A DNA stretch of 64,000 bases. It comes from Sphyrna mokarran. Its lineage: Eukaryota. Both the position numbers and the translations under genes were made by a program. This document shows, one piece after another, positions 1-12,678 of this stretch; the first letter of the stretch is position 1, and every line of letters starts with the position of its first letter. The stretch covers positions 53,320,001 to 53,384,000 of the forward strand of contig JAGIQG010000016.1 in NCBI GenBank assembly GCA_024679065.1, in the 5' to 3' direction. The notes under the pieces are model-generated. The model searched no databases and was not told where the DNA came from. It saw only the letters and a list, made by a program, of their open reading frames with translations.

Positions 1-302
1 ACTGCTACTTCACAGAGCCAGCGACCAAGTTTGATTCCTGGTTTGGGTCACTGTCTGTGTGGAGTTTGCACATTCTCCCTGTGTCTGCGGGGTTTGCTCC
101 AGGGTTCTCCAGATTCCTCCCACAGTCCAAAGATATGCGGGTTAGGTGAATTAGACATGCTAAATGGCACCTTAGCATCAGAGGGACTAGCTAGGTGAAT
201 GCATAGGGTTATGGGGAGAGGACCTGGGTGGGATTGTAATAGGTGCAGACTCAATGGGCTGAATGGCCTCCTTCTGCACTGTAGGATTCTATGATTCTAT
301 GA
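1..302 (+). mobile_element. HE1/V-SINE-like tRNA-derived SINE, tail type A (cut by window start)
   Basis: B-box-like GTTTGATTCC, core GTCTGTGTGGAGTTTGCACATTCTCCC...CCCACAGTCCAAAGAT, tail GGCTGAATGGCCTCCTTCTGCACTGTAGG(ATTCTATG)n. Confidence 0.88.
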
Positions 303-844
303 AGGTCACCTTGGAACCAGGCATCAGGATGTGTCACTAGATTCAGAAGAGAAAGGGATTTACTACAGTAACTAACCCCCTGTTCTGCTCTGATGTAGCA
401 GTTTCAACATCTTTCTGCCATTTGTATTTTAATCTACAGAATTTTTGAGACAGGTACACCTGAACCATTCTGAACTAATGATATGAGGTATTGTAATTTC
501 CTGGTTCTGAAAAGTGAACTGCTGTTTTGAACTTTACCATTCAGGATCTTTCTATCTAGCCTACAACGTTCTGCTATTTAATTTAAAAACTGTTGTGCTC
601 TTAATAAACATGCATCCCTGTTTCCATGGTTGATAATTCATTGAACATGTGTAGATATTTGGCACGGCTGTATACTCATGAGGCTATCTGACCTTTTCAA
701 AATGAAGTTTTGTGTGAAGTGTTCAAGTTATTTTGGGAAGATTTCCGTGAAAATGGGCACACGATTGAAAAAACGAGTAGAGCAGATAATGTAGCTAAGC
801 ATGGGGAAATGGGAAATATACCTGGAATAATTGGAACATTATGT

Positions 845-1515
845 TTTGGGGGAGTGATTGGGGAAGGGGTGATTTGTGAAAGGAGAGATGTGGGCAGGAT
901 GGAGTCATGTGGTTGATATGGGAGGTGGTCAGTGAAGCGTGGTCGGTTGGTTAGTTGGGGGGATTTGGAAGGTTGGTGTGGGGAGAGGTGGGAGGAGTGA
1001 CCACTGATGTGGGGAGAGGGTGGTGGCGGGTGGGGAAGGGGGGAGGTGGTCAGGAAGTGAGTGAGAAGGATGAGGATATGTGGCCAGTAAGAAGTTCAGG
1101 GAGACATGGGGAGAGGTGTTCAGTGGGAGAGATTGAGTGATACATGGGGCAAGAGTGGATGAGATTGTTGGGGAGGAGAAAATTGGTGATCTGTGGGGGT
1201 TGAATTAGATGATAGGTGGGAGAAATGGTCAGTGTAGTGGGGTTAATGGTTAGTGGGAGGGGGTCAGGAAGGTAGCTGAGTGGTTGATGAGAGTTAATGG
1301 GAGGGTTAGTTGGAGAAGGAGGGTTAGGGAAGATATTGGGGGGGATCAGGAGGATAGTCAGGTGGCTGGATAATCAGGTGTTGGGAGGATAGTCAGAGGA
1401 TCAGAAGAATGGAAAGAAGCCGGGCGAATGGGGATGGATGGGTGGTTGGGGATTCAGAGGTTGGGGAGTCAGATGGGTGGGTTAGTTGGGAGGTGCAGTG
1501 GGGAGTAGTAAAGGG
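845..1515 (+). repeat. G/purine-rich low-complexity tract
   Basis: Dense GG/GGG runs with very few C on the + strand. Confidence 0.75.
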
Positions 1516-2759
1516 AAATTGAGTCAGTATAATTGTTACACAGGAGTTAGAAGTTATTTTAATTCTTCTAACATTTCCTGGTAATTATTCTTTAAGACAG
1601 TTGGAACAATCTGAAGTCTTCGCTTTAATTCAGGGGAATTTGCCCAACAGCAGTTTGAACTTTCCCAGTAATTGCCCTATAATCCTTCTGGGGGATCTTA
1701 AAGCATTGTACTCACCCTCTCCCTACTCACCCACCCATCCCAATGCCCCCCACATCTTCCCCCATTAAACAGCTCAAGCCTAAATTTTTCAGGGGCTTGA
1801 ATATCTTGGAAGACCATATTACCCTTCCTGCAATTTGAAGAGTTGGTGGGAGGCACAACCACTCAGAGCCTCACAGCTATTTCACAGTCAAATGGACGCG
1901 AGTTCCTACTTAGGGAGCAGCTGGCCTCTGATTGGCTGGTAGCTCTCCAGTTCTTGGAGTGATAAGAGCTGAGGAAATTCAGGAAGAAGCCCGAGTCTAA
2001 ATCCTGGATCTGGAGGGCAAAGCAAGACCAGCGGAGGGTGGTTAAGGAACGACTATTAGGGTGCAAAGGAGGCAATCAAGATGTCGGGGCAAAGATTGAT
2101 GTAGAAAGACAGATGTCCAGGAAATGGAGCAACACCAGGAATACCTAAAAATAAGGTATCAACCTGGTGAAGCTATTTACAAACCAAACAGCATAAGCAG
2201 CATTAGTAAACTAACACCCAACAGGCCTTATTCATGCAGAGATTTTAACCCAAGGATCTTGAGGTAAGGCTGTTTTGCATTGGCCACCTCAGATTAACAA
2301 TGGGTAAAGACTACAGGCGTTCTTCAGCCACTGTGGACTGCACAGTTCCAACATTTACTTCCAAGGCATTCCACATCAGATTTCAAGGAGACATTCCAGA
2401 TCTGGATGCTGGCACCACGTACATCTAGTTATTGCTCATACGTACAGGATGTGCTTCATACTCAGACGTTATAATGGTGCAGATTAAATGCTGCAAAATA
2501 AGATTTTCGCTAAGACAGGCTGCTGCCCTTGTACTACTATCTCTAACACATCTGATTTATTGTGAAGAAGCTGTAATTGAAACCGTTTTCCCAAAATGCT
2601 GATGCAGCAGAGGATGCGCTCTGAACCTGTTTATCTGTTCAGCTGCGATCTTACATTAAAAAAAATTGCAGAAGATTAGAAACTAGTCTGTGGAAAACCT
2701 TGAATTGATCAGACTGTTTGTCCATCCAACCTTAGAACAATTCCTTCTAGTAACATATT

Positions 2760-3140
2760 CAGAGGACCAAAGTCTTCAACTTTGACCTCTGCCATAACTT
2801 CTGTCCCATAGCCATAAATTCTATCTCTCTGCCTGGCAGCTACCTCAGTTTGAAGCAGATTACTTCCTTCCACCTCCATTAGATCACTCACCTACTGCTC
2901 CTGCTGCAGCTCCACTGCTGTGGAAATGCCGATTCATGCCTGTTTCACCTCGGCTGTTAGAGTGCTCTCTCCTGGCTGGCCTTCCATTCTCCTCTCTGTA
3001 ACCTTCGGCTCATCAAACTCTGTCTCCTGTATCTCGTCCAAAATCAGGTTCTTCTTCCCATCATCTTGGTCCTTCCTGATTGACATATGCTCCCGGCATC
3101 ACATTACCTCCAAATTAAACTTGCTGTCCTCATATTTAAA
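2760..3140 (+). mobile_element. Degenerate L2 LINE ORF2 C-terminal fragment
   Basis: Conceptual translation resembles the L2 motifs YFHL..., IHA(C)FTS, LLAGLP, ...LAVLIFK, with frameshifts. Confidence 0.65.
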
Positions 3141-3596
3141 ACTAGGCAGAGCAGCTGAATCTGCAGCAGTATCTAAAGAGAATGGATAGAAGTGAAGAAA
3201 GCTACACTTCAGAGCAGCAGCCAACATTCTTGCAAAATCCCACAGCATTAAACGTTTTACAATTGAAAGCCTTTAAGCCTCAGAGCCCACAAGAGACTGC
3301 TGCAAAGGCCTGCCCCAATCCAGTTGACTGACTTTTTTAATACATGTAATTGATAAGAGACCAATTTTAAAACCCTGTTTGTCTGAAGACTTTATTAAGT
3401 CGGACAGGTTTCAGTTGAATTTGCCAGGAAGAAACCAAAGTAGGAAATTGATGTGGAGATAAAATATATGAGGAAAACATAGCAGGCCAAAGACATGAAC
3501 ATTGTGAAGAATAGATCAATGCATCTGCTTAATTACTCTGGTTCTTTATAATCAAGAAAGTAACTGGAATAACTGATCATTTGATAGACAGCATGC

Positions 3597-3870
3597 TGGC
3601 ACAGTGGTTAGCACAGGAGTTCGATTCTGGCTTGAGTCACTGTCTGTTTGGAGTTTGCACATTCTCCCCTTATCTGCATGGGTTTCCTTCGGGTGCTCCA
3701 GTTTCTCCCACAGTCCAAATGTGTGTGGGTTAGGTGGATTGGCCATGCTAAATTGCCCTTAGTGTCAGGAGGACTAGCTGGGATAAATGCTTAGAGTTAT
3801 GGGAATAGGGCTTGAGGTCAGTACAGTCTTGATGGTCTGAATGGCCTCCTTCTGTACTGTCAGATTCTCT
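3597..3870 (+). mobile_element. HE1-like SINE, tail A
   Basis: A-box TGGCACAGTGGTTAGCAC, B-box GTTCGATTC, V-core, tail TGAATGGCCTCCTTCTGTACTGT. Confidence 0.88.
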
Positions 3871-4492
3871 CTTCGACATTGCATGTTGTTGTTTTGAAAA
3901 TAGCGCAGGTGATTATGCCATAAAAGAAATAAATTACTTTAAGTGAGTAATTGAAATCAGATGTGCAGCATTGCTATCTGAACTTTCAGAATGCTGCCTT
4001 TTAAGTAAAAGTAATTGCTAAAAGTCCTACCAGTTGCGTTGGCAGAATTACTTTACTAACTAGATGCACAGAATGCTGCTTGGTAAAGCCATATTGGACC
4101 CATCAGTTACATGTACCATTTTGGAAAATATTTTGCTAATTAAATATTTGAACTTTGATGCACAATAAAATACTCCCAGATCTACAAAGAAATTTGCTTG
4201 TGCTCCAGCTATAGATTCAGTGATAAAGTTTAAATTGTGGCTGTGTAAGTTCATACTTTCTCCAGAACTTTCCTCCTTTTGTTCTTGGCTGAAAGACAGG
4301 TTCCACAATCTCACCAACATTCCTGCAAACTGAAATGCGCAACTCTGAACATGTCAGTGTGTGGAGGATGGGGCCCAAGTGCAATAAAAATTATTATTTG
4401 CATCATTTGCTGCCCTGGAGAATACTATGTCTTCTCTCTACTTTCAGATGGCAGCAAAGGACATGCTATCATACTAATATATGTAAACAAAA

Positions 4493-4747
4493 GGGCCAGA
4501 GCAGCAGAGACATGGGAACACCATGACCTGAAGATTCCCCTCCAAGTCACTGACATTGCCATTCCTTCATGTCACTGGGTCCAATCCTGGAATTCTTTCC
4601 CCAGTAGAATTGACAGTGTGCCCACAACTCAGGGACTGCAGTTGTTCAAGTAAGTAACTCACTACCATCTTCTAAAGGATGACTAGGGGTGGGCACCGAA
4701 TACCAGTCTAGTCAGCGAAGCCAATGTTCCATAAATTAAATAAAAAA
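4493..4747 (+). mobile_element. 3' end of a CR1/L2-superclade LINE (tail shared with SINE family 2)
   Basis: RARAA-WEHH coding remnant, then ACTAGGGGTGGGCA...A-rich end; same family as 45365-45855. Confidence 0.65.
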
Positions 4748-4948
4748 GTCACATATCTGACCTGAACCACAACTTGCTGTATGCTTACAAGTCATAAAAC
4801 CATACAGTATTGAGGTAATAATGAATGACAGCAGTTTACAGTATGATTTATTATATGCACATCATATCACAACAGTACACAGGATGTGAATTATAGGTTC
4901 ATAGCTATCTAGTAGGATTATTTTGCGATGAAAGTAATTGAAACAATT

Positions 4949-5082
4949 GGCGGAATTTTCCAGTCCCAACCACTCCGAGGCTGGAAATTTCCGCACAAGC
5001 TCAACAGAACATTAAACAGTCTATCAAATTGTCCATCCTGCCGCAACAATTCCTGCGGAGGGCAGGACTGGAAAATTTACCT
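4949..5082. mobile_element. PIF/Harbinger-type MITE
   Basis: Perfect 13-bp inverted repeat AATTTTCCAGTCC (4954-4966) / GGACTGGAAAATT (5065-5077); GGCGGAATT terminus shared with other short elements in the window. Confidence 0.65.
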
Positions 5083-6584
5083 GCATGACTTCAGTTGGGA
5101 TGAGCGAATTGTCTTCAATGGATTTACGTAGTGTAGCAAATGACATGTTCAAGCTAAAGTTTCAATAGTCTTTGAACTGAAAAGTAATCAGATTGCTGGG
5201 CCTTTACAAGATAGATTATGTTATCTGATAGTTCAATCATTTGCTGGGTAGATCTCCCAGGTTCACTGTCTCCGAGAATTTCCATCTTTTTTTCAGGCAC
5301 CTTTTTAATATGGTTCCTGGGTATGATGATGGGACATGAATCATTAAGCCTGCCTCGCCATGGAAGATGGTGCAAAACCACTGGGTGCATAATTAATTAC
5401 ACCAGGAATGGAAGATATGGTGTGATGGCCCATTGGTCTCTGCAGTGGGAAACACTGTCTGATCTCACCACTGGACATAGTTCCAGAGAGAAGGATTCCA
5501 TTTTTTTTAAATTTAGAAATATATCCCACAGAACGCCTTTTTGTCTCACATTTAATCTGAAATCAGATAACATCTGACAATTTTGCATGATGATTAAATG
5601 TTAATTGATGAAGGTCATGGTGCAAAGCAAGCCCAGGAGAAATGGAAACAGTGGATGGTATTTAATGCCCTTCTTGTATTTAGTGACAGAGGCATTCATT
5701 CAGGCAGGAGAGGAGCAGATAGGGGCCCTTTCCCCACTTCCCCCCCTATATGTTGATTAACTGGAAAAGCCCAGAGGGGTTTTCCTGTCTCACCACCAGC
5801 TGGAGCCCTTAAGTGAACAATTCGTGCCCATTTTAGGCGTTATCTTGCAGGTGCTGAGCATTAAGGAGCACATCATGTGATGAATATGGTACGAAGGACG
5901 GGGGAGGGGGGCGGCGGTGGTTGGTCCCTAATTCAAAGACACTCAGTGCATGATCAAGCTATCTGGCATCAGGAAATGGGGGCTCACTGAGGCTCATCCA
6001 AATGCTGCTGACTTCCTTCCCTCTTTCCTACGACACTCACCCCGTGATTCTCCTCCTGCCATGATTCATCTCTGACCTGGGATCCAGAAATGACACTGAG
6101 CCTTGGGTGGGTGGCTACCAGTTACCGCCTCCATGGTGGCACTGTCGTTCAATAGACTTGTTGGTCTCTGACTAGTTAACAGCTTCTAGTCAATGGGACA
6201 TCTGCCCCCCACCCCACACTGAGTCCTTGATCCTAGAAAGGGCCTAAGCCCTGAGCAGCTTTGCAGTCTGTGGGCATAACATCCTTCATCCCCATTGGCT
6301 CCCTTTAAAACTGCCCTGCATATCCATTTAACCAGATTTATTATAATCTGATTTCATAAAAAAAATTCCATGGCAAAGATCAAGGACAAGAGAACATGAA
6401 GCCTTGACAGAGAACTAAAAGAGATGAATGATGACTTGAGAGGGCATTTAATGAGATTTTAAGACCTTTGAATCATGTGGCTGTTTGTGGGAAAAGCATT
6501 TTTGAAGATGTTGGCCTCAAGAGGTGACTTTATTTACTATATTGTTAGGGAGATCGAAAACAAATAGGAAGGGTAGGTTCCGTA

Positions 6585-6965
6585 ATGTGGGACTCTACAG
6601 TGCAGAAGAGGCCATTTGGCCCAGCAAGTCTGTAACAACTCTCCGACAGAGCATCTTACCCAGGCCATCTCCCTCACCCTTAGCTCAACACATTTCCCAT
6701 GTCTAATCCACCTAATCTACACATCCATGATCCTAACAGGCAGTTTAACATGGCCAATCCATCTAATCTACACATTCTGGGACACTAATGGCCAATCCAC
6801 CTATCTATCTGCATATTTCAGACTGTGGGAGAAAACCAGAGCACCTGGAGGAAACCCACACAGACATGGGAAGAATGTGCAAACTCCAGTCACCCAAGGC
6901 TGGAATTGAATCTGGCTCCCTGGAACTGTGAGTCAGTGATGCTAACCACTGTGCCACCATGCTGC
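6585..6965 (-). mobile_element. HE1-like SINE, tail A, with extra internal duplication
   Basis: Reverse complement of head, core and tail; AATCCAYCTAATCTACACAT-like unit present three times. Confidence 0.85.
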
Positions 6966-7319
6966 CTATCAAGCTAGCCCTGACAGCAATATCATTTCTT
7001 AAAGACTGGGATATCATTTTTTAAAGGCTGCCTGACGTATAGAAGTTAATAGAATGTGCCCCCCACTGCCCCATTTTGCAACCTCCGCCACCTCACCATT
7101 ACCACCATTCCATTCCCCCCTCTTCCCCCCCAATACTACCCCGGTGCACTTATCTGAGATCTTCTGAACCAATCGTAATATATGTTGACACGTCATTAAG
7201 CTGTGGTGAATGGATAATCTAACAGAAGGATTATCACGCATAGAGGCCCAAGAATTACATTCAAATTTCTGATTAGGGTGTTTTCGACATTGTAACAGGA
7301 ATCCAAGTGTTCATCGCTG

Positions 7320-8030
7320 GTGGCCGGGGGTTCTGGAGACTTGTGGTGAGCGCTGACTCCAAGAAGAGACAAACGCTGTGTGTCCTAGTCCATCGACAAG
7401 ATAATGGTGACACATCTCTAGACAGCTAAGATGGGTGAGAGGCCCTTTACCCATGTGACGGGAGCTGAAAGTTCAGCCACCTCACCACCAAGGCTCAGAA
7501 TAAGGTTGCCAGGATGGTCAGTGCTCCTCACAAGACAGCTGCTATCCAGTGCAGAAGGAGAATGAACGATGTGATCCGCTCTACCAGAGTAAATCAACCT
7601 CTGCTTACCTCAACTCACAAGGCCATCCGGCATGCATAGCGTTACAGTCCACAGGGTTCTCACACATTACCAGCATGAGGACATCATCACTCATTCTCTC
7701 TCACACACTTTCACATCTTCAGCTCTTATCGCACACATGTCGCATCTTCAGCCCTTACATTGTTCCAGTCAGTGCACACAGAAGGCAGGCAAATTTACCA
7801 TCTGCCTTGGCATCTGTCCTGCTCACAGTCTGATCATCTGTCTTTGTGCAGGAACAGATTGCTCACAACTACAGGGAGTGATCTGAGACCAGAGTGATGG
7901 GAGGTGGTGGGTGTTGGGAGATCAGGACACTTACCTACAGGTGACAGAGCTGACTGGTGAGGAGTGGCACCATATCTGCACCAATAGCCAGATTGGCATC
8001 CCCCTAAAAATCAGTGAAGACCTTTCCTCT
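7320..8030 (+). pseudogene. Degenerate Harbinger-type Myb/SANT-like gene with retained intron
   Basis: 7547-7588 reads QCRRRMNDVIRSTR, GT donor at 7589, pyrimidine tract + CAG at 7851, then EQIAHNYRE*SET..GGG; in-frame stop. Confidence 0.6.
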
Positions 8031-8231
8031 TCACTCACCTGCCAAATCTGTGCCTGTTTTTTTTAAACGTAGGTGACTGCCTAGCCATCAAATGACAAGT
8101 ACCTGGCTACAGGAGACCGAAACAAATTAATTTTGATTTGGAATCTTGCCACACGCCAACATCTTTACATATTCAGAGGATATAAAGACATAGTACCGGC
8201 CTGTCCTTTCTGAAAGACACACATCAGTTAG

Positions 8232-8640
8232 GCTCCCAATTAGATGGGTGCCTCGATTTTAAAAGTCTTAACCTTGTGCACAAATCGCTCCATGACCTTA
8301 CGTCTCCGTGAATCTGTAATTCCCTCCTGCTTCACAACTCTCCAGATATCTGAGCCCAGCTTCAATTCAGACACTTGAGCATTCCTGATTTTAATCGCTC
8401 CATCATTGACAGCTGTGCCCTCAGCTGCAAAGGCTCTCATTCTGGAATGTTCTCTCTGCCTCGCCAGTTCTCTCTCCTCTTTTCAGATGCTTCCTGAAAC
8501 CAACCTTTTTGACGAAGTTTTGATCATCTGCCTTAATATCTCCTTCTGTGACTCCTTGTCAAATTTTGTTTGATAATTCTCCTGTGGACCATTTACCTTT
8601 GTTAAAGGTGCTGGATAAATAAATACAAGTTGTTATTGTT
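8232..8640 (+). mobile_element. L2 LINE 3' end
   Basis: LDFK(S)LNLV..SLH-like remnant, L2-type 3' UTR ending AAATACAAGTTGTTATTGTT. Confidence 0.7.
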
Positions 8641-8779
8641 ACATATTGAATACAAATAATTACAGGAAAATAACAAGTTAGCTACATGGCAGCAAATAAA
8701 TTGCTTCAAGATTGTATCTGTCGATGATTTATAACTTAGTACTGTTATTTAATTTTATCATGCTATGTGGCCTTTCCTT

Positions 8780-8990
8780 GCAAGAATAACATGTATTGCA
8801 CATCCCTAATTACCCTGGAGAAGGTGGTGGTGAGCTTTTGTTTTAAACTGATGTAGTCTACGTGGTTACCAATCTCCTGCAATGTTGCTAGAGAGGAAGT
8901 TTCAGGATTTTGACCAATTGATGATGAGAAGAAAGGATATACTTCTGCTTCCTCTTCTGGGCAGAGTGGATATCCTCCTGTCTCCAAGTC
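8780..8990 (-). mobile_element. LINE 3' fragment (same family as 4493-4747)
   Basis: CATCCCTAATTACCCTGGAGAAGGTGGTGGTGAGC...CAGGATTTTGACC. Confidence 0.55.
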
Positions 8991-8996
8991 AGAATG

Positions 8997-9485
8997 ATAG
9001 AAGTTTACAGCATGGAAACAGGCCCTTCAGCCGTACTTGTCCATGTTGTCTTTTTGTTTTAAATCACGGAGTTAGTCCCAATTGCCCGCGTTTGGCTCAT
9101 ATCCCTCTATACCCATCTTATCCATGTAACTGTCTAAATGTTTTTTAAAAGACAAAATTGTACCCGCCTCTACTACTACCTCTGGCAGCTTGTCCCAAAC
9201 ACTCACCAACCTGTGTGTGAAAAAGTTGCCCCTCTGGATTCTTTTGTGTTTCTCCCCTCTCACCTTCAACCTAAGCCCTCTAGTTTTAGACTCCCCTATC
9301 TTTGCGAAAAGATATTGACTATCTAGCTGATCTATGCCCCTCATTATTTCATAGATCTCTGTAAGATCACCCCCAAGCCTCCCATGCTCCAGGAAAAAAA
9401 GTTCCGGTCTATCAGTCTATCTCCTTATAACTTAAATTATCAAATCACAGTAGCATCCTAGTAAATCTTTTCTGCACCCTTTCTT
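8997..9485 (-). mobile_element. CR1/HER1-like LINE 3' end
   Basis: ORF 9072-9344 (MRGIDQLDSQYLF...RGNFFTHRLVSVWDKLPEVVVEAGTILSFKKHLD) is a typical CR1 ORF2 C-terminus; GGCTGAAGGGCCTGTTTCCATGCTGT tail. Confidence 0.9.
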
Positions 9486-9677
9486 TCCTACAGGTATCTT
9501 CCCACTCTTTCCCCTTCCCCTGTATTTTTATAGAGGCTTTCATGTAATTTAATTTTCTCATATAAAGCTAATGCATGTCAGACAATGATTATGATTCACT
9601 TACTCTTCTTCTCTCAACCTTTGTCTATGTTTGTTCTTCCCCTTCACCTCTCCTCTCTTCCCATCCATCTAAAGTAA

Positions 9678-10180
9678 CACGTGGTTAGTACTGCTGCCTC
9701 AGCATTAGGAACGCAGATTGACTTTCAGCCTTGGATGCCTGTGCGGAGTTTGCATGCTCTCCCTGTATCAGTGTGGGTTTCCTCAGTTTCCTCCCACACT
9801 CAAAAGATGTGGTGGGATGCTTTTTTAAAGAGTTTAAGCTTTAGTTTATTTCTTAGTGTCACAGTTAGGCTTACATTAACACTGCAATGAAATTACTGTG
9901 AAAATCTCCTAGTTGTCACCTGTTTGGGTACACTGAGGGAGAATTTAGCGTGGCCAATCCATCTAACCAGTATGTCTTTTGGATTGTGGAAGGAAACCAG
10001 AGTACCCGGAGGAAACCCACACAAACAGGGACAACGTGCAATATCCACACACAGATAGTGACCTGTTGGGAAATAAATCCAGGTCACTGGCGCTGTGAGG
10101 CAGGAGTCTAAACACTGTGCCATCAGGTGGAGAACTGATGGGCCAAATGGCCTCTTCCTGCACTCTAGGAGTTCTATGAT
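9678..10180 (+). mobile_element. HE1-like SINE (tail A) split by a nested antisense copy
   Basis: Head and core at 9678-9810, tail GGGCCAAATGGCCTCTTCCTGCACT at 10140-10180. Confidence 0.7.
9832..10122 (-). mobile_element. HE1-like SINE, tail type B (nested)
   Basis: TTTATT...GTCACAGTTAGGCTTACATTAACACTGCAATGAAATTACTGTGAAAAT tail plus reverse-complement core and head. Confidence 0.85.
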
Positions 10181-10804
10181 ATCTTCGTCTTTTCCTTCAA
10201 CTTTTCCTCCTTTTTCTCACCTCCAGCTTCACTTTGCCTGACCTGCCACACTCCCAACCTTGCAGCAACATTCCATTTTCTTTTCCTCTTCTCTCCAGGC
10301 CTCTGATTATCTTCTAGCTGCTCTGTACATCTCAACATTTCCCCCTCTATCCTTCCTGGCCTTTAATTCTGTTGCATTTTATACCTCATCCTCTCAGCCT
10401 GTAACCTACTTTCTCCTGCCCCACCACCAAGCCTCTATCTGGCACCTTTAATCCTGTATTAATTTTCCACATTATTGCAGCCCTCTCTTCCTACTATTCT
10501 CCCCTAATTTCTTCTAACTTACCAACTATACAATCTTCCTACAGCCTTGGTCCAACAACTGTAACCTCCATCCTCTATCCTGGCGGGTACGATTTGTCTT
10601 GGCTTTCTTCATAAGTATTTGGTGAGTGGTGGATACCAATGCTTTCCTCTTGTTATTGCCCTGAGGCTGAATCATGCTGCGGTTTGTGTGTCAACTATGT
10701 TAGGCTGGTGATCTGTGGGCACCAAATCTGTGCTCCGAGCCAGTTCCATGGCTGGGGATCGTGAGTAAGCTGCTGACTCCTATCCAAGGTTGGCCAACAG
10801 TTGA

Positions 10805-10938
10805 AGCTTTTGGCAGGGATTTCCCAGCCCACCAATGTGGCACCCACTGCGGGGGATGCGACAAGCCAGCCAAAATCCATTGACTTTCTGCAGGACTGGA
10901 AGATCATGGCAGCAGGCAGGGCTGGAAAATCTTACCCA
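10805..10938. mobile_element. Harbinger-type MITE
   Basis: Imperfect termini GGCAGGGATTTCCCAGCCC / GGGCTGGAAAATCTTACCC. Confidence 0.55.
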
Positions 10939-10999
10939 TTGAGTGGGATGGGGGCAGGTGGTAGCAGAGACAAGGAAGGCATCTGGAGGTGATACTCAG

Positions 11000-11498
11000 A
11001 GTTCTACAGTACAGAAAGAGACTCTTCAGCCCATTGTGTCTACACTGGCCATCAAATTATCAGCTATAACTCCATTTTCCAGCAATATTCTGTAACCTCA
11101 TATGCATTTCAAATGCTTATCTAAACTCTTCTTAAATATTCTGAGGGTTCCCGCCTCGACCACACTTTCAGGCAGAGGGTTCCAGATTCCCATCACTGTC
11201 TGGAAAAAGATTTTCCTCAGAACTTTGGCCGCTTACTTTAAATCTACGCCTCCTGATTACTGAGCTCTCTGCTTTCTGTTCTTATCCATGTCCCTCATAA
11301 TTTAGTACGCCTCCATCATGTCTCCTTTCAGCTTCCTCTGCTCTAAGGAAAACCCCAGCCTATCCAGCATCTCTTCATAGCTGAAATACTTCAGCTCGGT
11401 AGCGTCATGGTGAATCTCCTCTGTACCTCTTAAGTGCAATCACATCTTTCCTATAGTGTGGCAACCAACATTTCATATAGTAATCTGGCTGTTGGCTA
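11000..11498 (-). mobile_element. Older CR1 LINE 3' end
   Basis: CR1-like reverse-strand C-terminal and tail sequence (CAGGCAGAGGGTTCCAGATTCC, CCCTCATAATTT, CAGCCTATCCAG). Confidence 0.75.
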
Positions 11499-11815
11499 AT
11501 CATAGAATCCTTATAAGGCAGAAGGAGGCCATATGGCCCATTGAGCCTACACCGACAACAACCCCCTATTTCCACAACCCCACATATTTATCTTGCCTAT
11601 CTCCCTGATACTAAGGGCACTTTAGCATGGCCAATCCACCTAACCTACACATCTCCTACACAGTGGGAGGAAACCAGAGCACACGGAGGAAGCACACACA
11701 GACACAGGAAGAATGTGCAAATTCCACACAGGCAGTTACCCGAGGTCGGAATTGAACCCTGGATCCCTGGCGCTGTGAGGAAGCAGTGCTAACCAGTCTG
11801 CCACCGTGCTGCCCG
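11499..11815 (-). mobile_element. HE1-like SINE, tail A
   Basis: CATAGAATC tail through GCTAACCAGTCTGCCACCGTGCTGCC head. Confidence 0.88.
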
Positions 11816-12678
11816 ATAAAATTGAAATAGAAATCTGCCTCTGGTGATCATGGGTGGAGCATGTGAGGTGACATTTTGTCCATTTTTATGACAAAATTGC
11901 CTATACATCATAGGATGTTGATTTGTATAAATGGCTCTACCTGAAACAAGGGGGAATTCTAGCTATCCATTTCAGGGAAACTATCCAAGATAATGGCAAA
12001 GAAACAGAGGCAGCAGATGTCCCAGCACCATGTTTGGGCTACCAACATTGACATACCAGTATGCTCGATGTGAAGGCCCTTTTGATGGACCCCCTCCCGC
12101 CCCATGCAAAGCCAATTGAGGTTGCCTAGTCTCTCAAAACCTTCACATCAGGAAATTTTGAAATTAGCAACTTCATCTGATTTATTTTGATGGTTGTCAT
12201 AGGAATTTAATCCAGCAAACATTGACACCCAGAATAAAGTAATTGCTTTAATTTTGTGTTCCATAAACACGTGAAGATAATTTGTGTTTCATTTGCAAGC
12301 AGCTGTTGAGCTGAAGAACAGCATTCTCAAAATTATAAAATGCAGCGAAATATTGGAACAAGACGAAATTGTCAGCTGAATTAGTAAAAGTACTATTCTG
12401 TGAATTACTAAAGAAGAATTAAATGTGTCCTGTGAGGCTGTGACTTCATTGTGCACGTCAGTTGCAGACCACTGGGAAATAATTATTTCCCAATTAGCAG
12501 TGTGCTCATCAGGCAGTTAATTCCAATCTTTATTGAAATTTGCTGGAAGAATTACTTCAATTTTTAAGATTTTAAGGTGGTGCAACAGCAAGCTTCCTGT
12601 ACAAAATCCCCAATTTTAGTAAATTTGCTGATGGCTGAATACGTTGCAGATTCCTTTAGAGTAATATTCCATATATTA

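Noticed and set aside
3146-3331. Open frame AEQLNLQQYLKRMDRS...PVD*
   Set aside because: The putative acceptor lies at the end of an L2 fragment and lacks a pyrimidine tract; no homology recognised.
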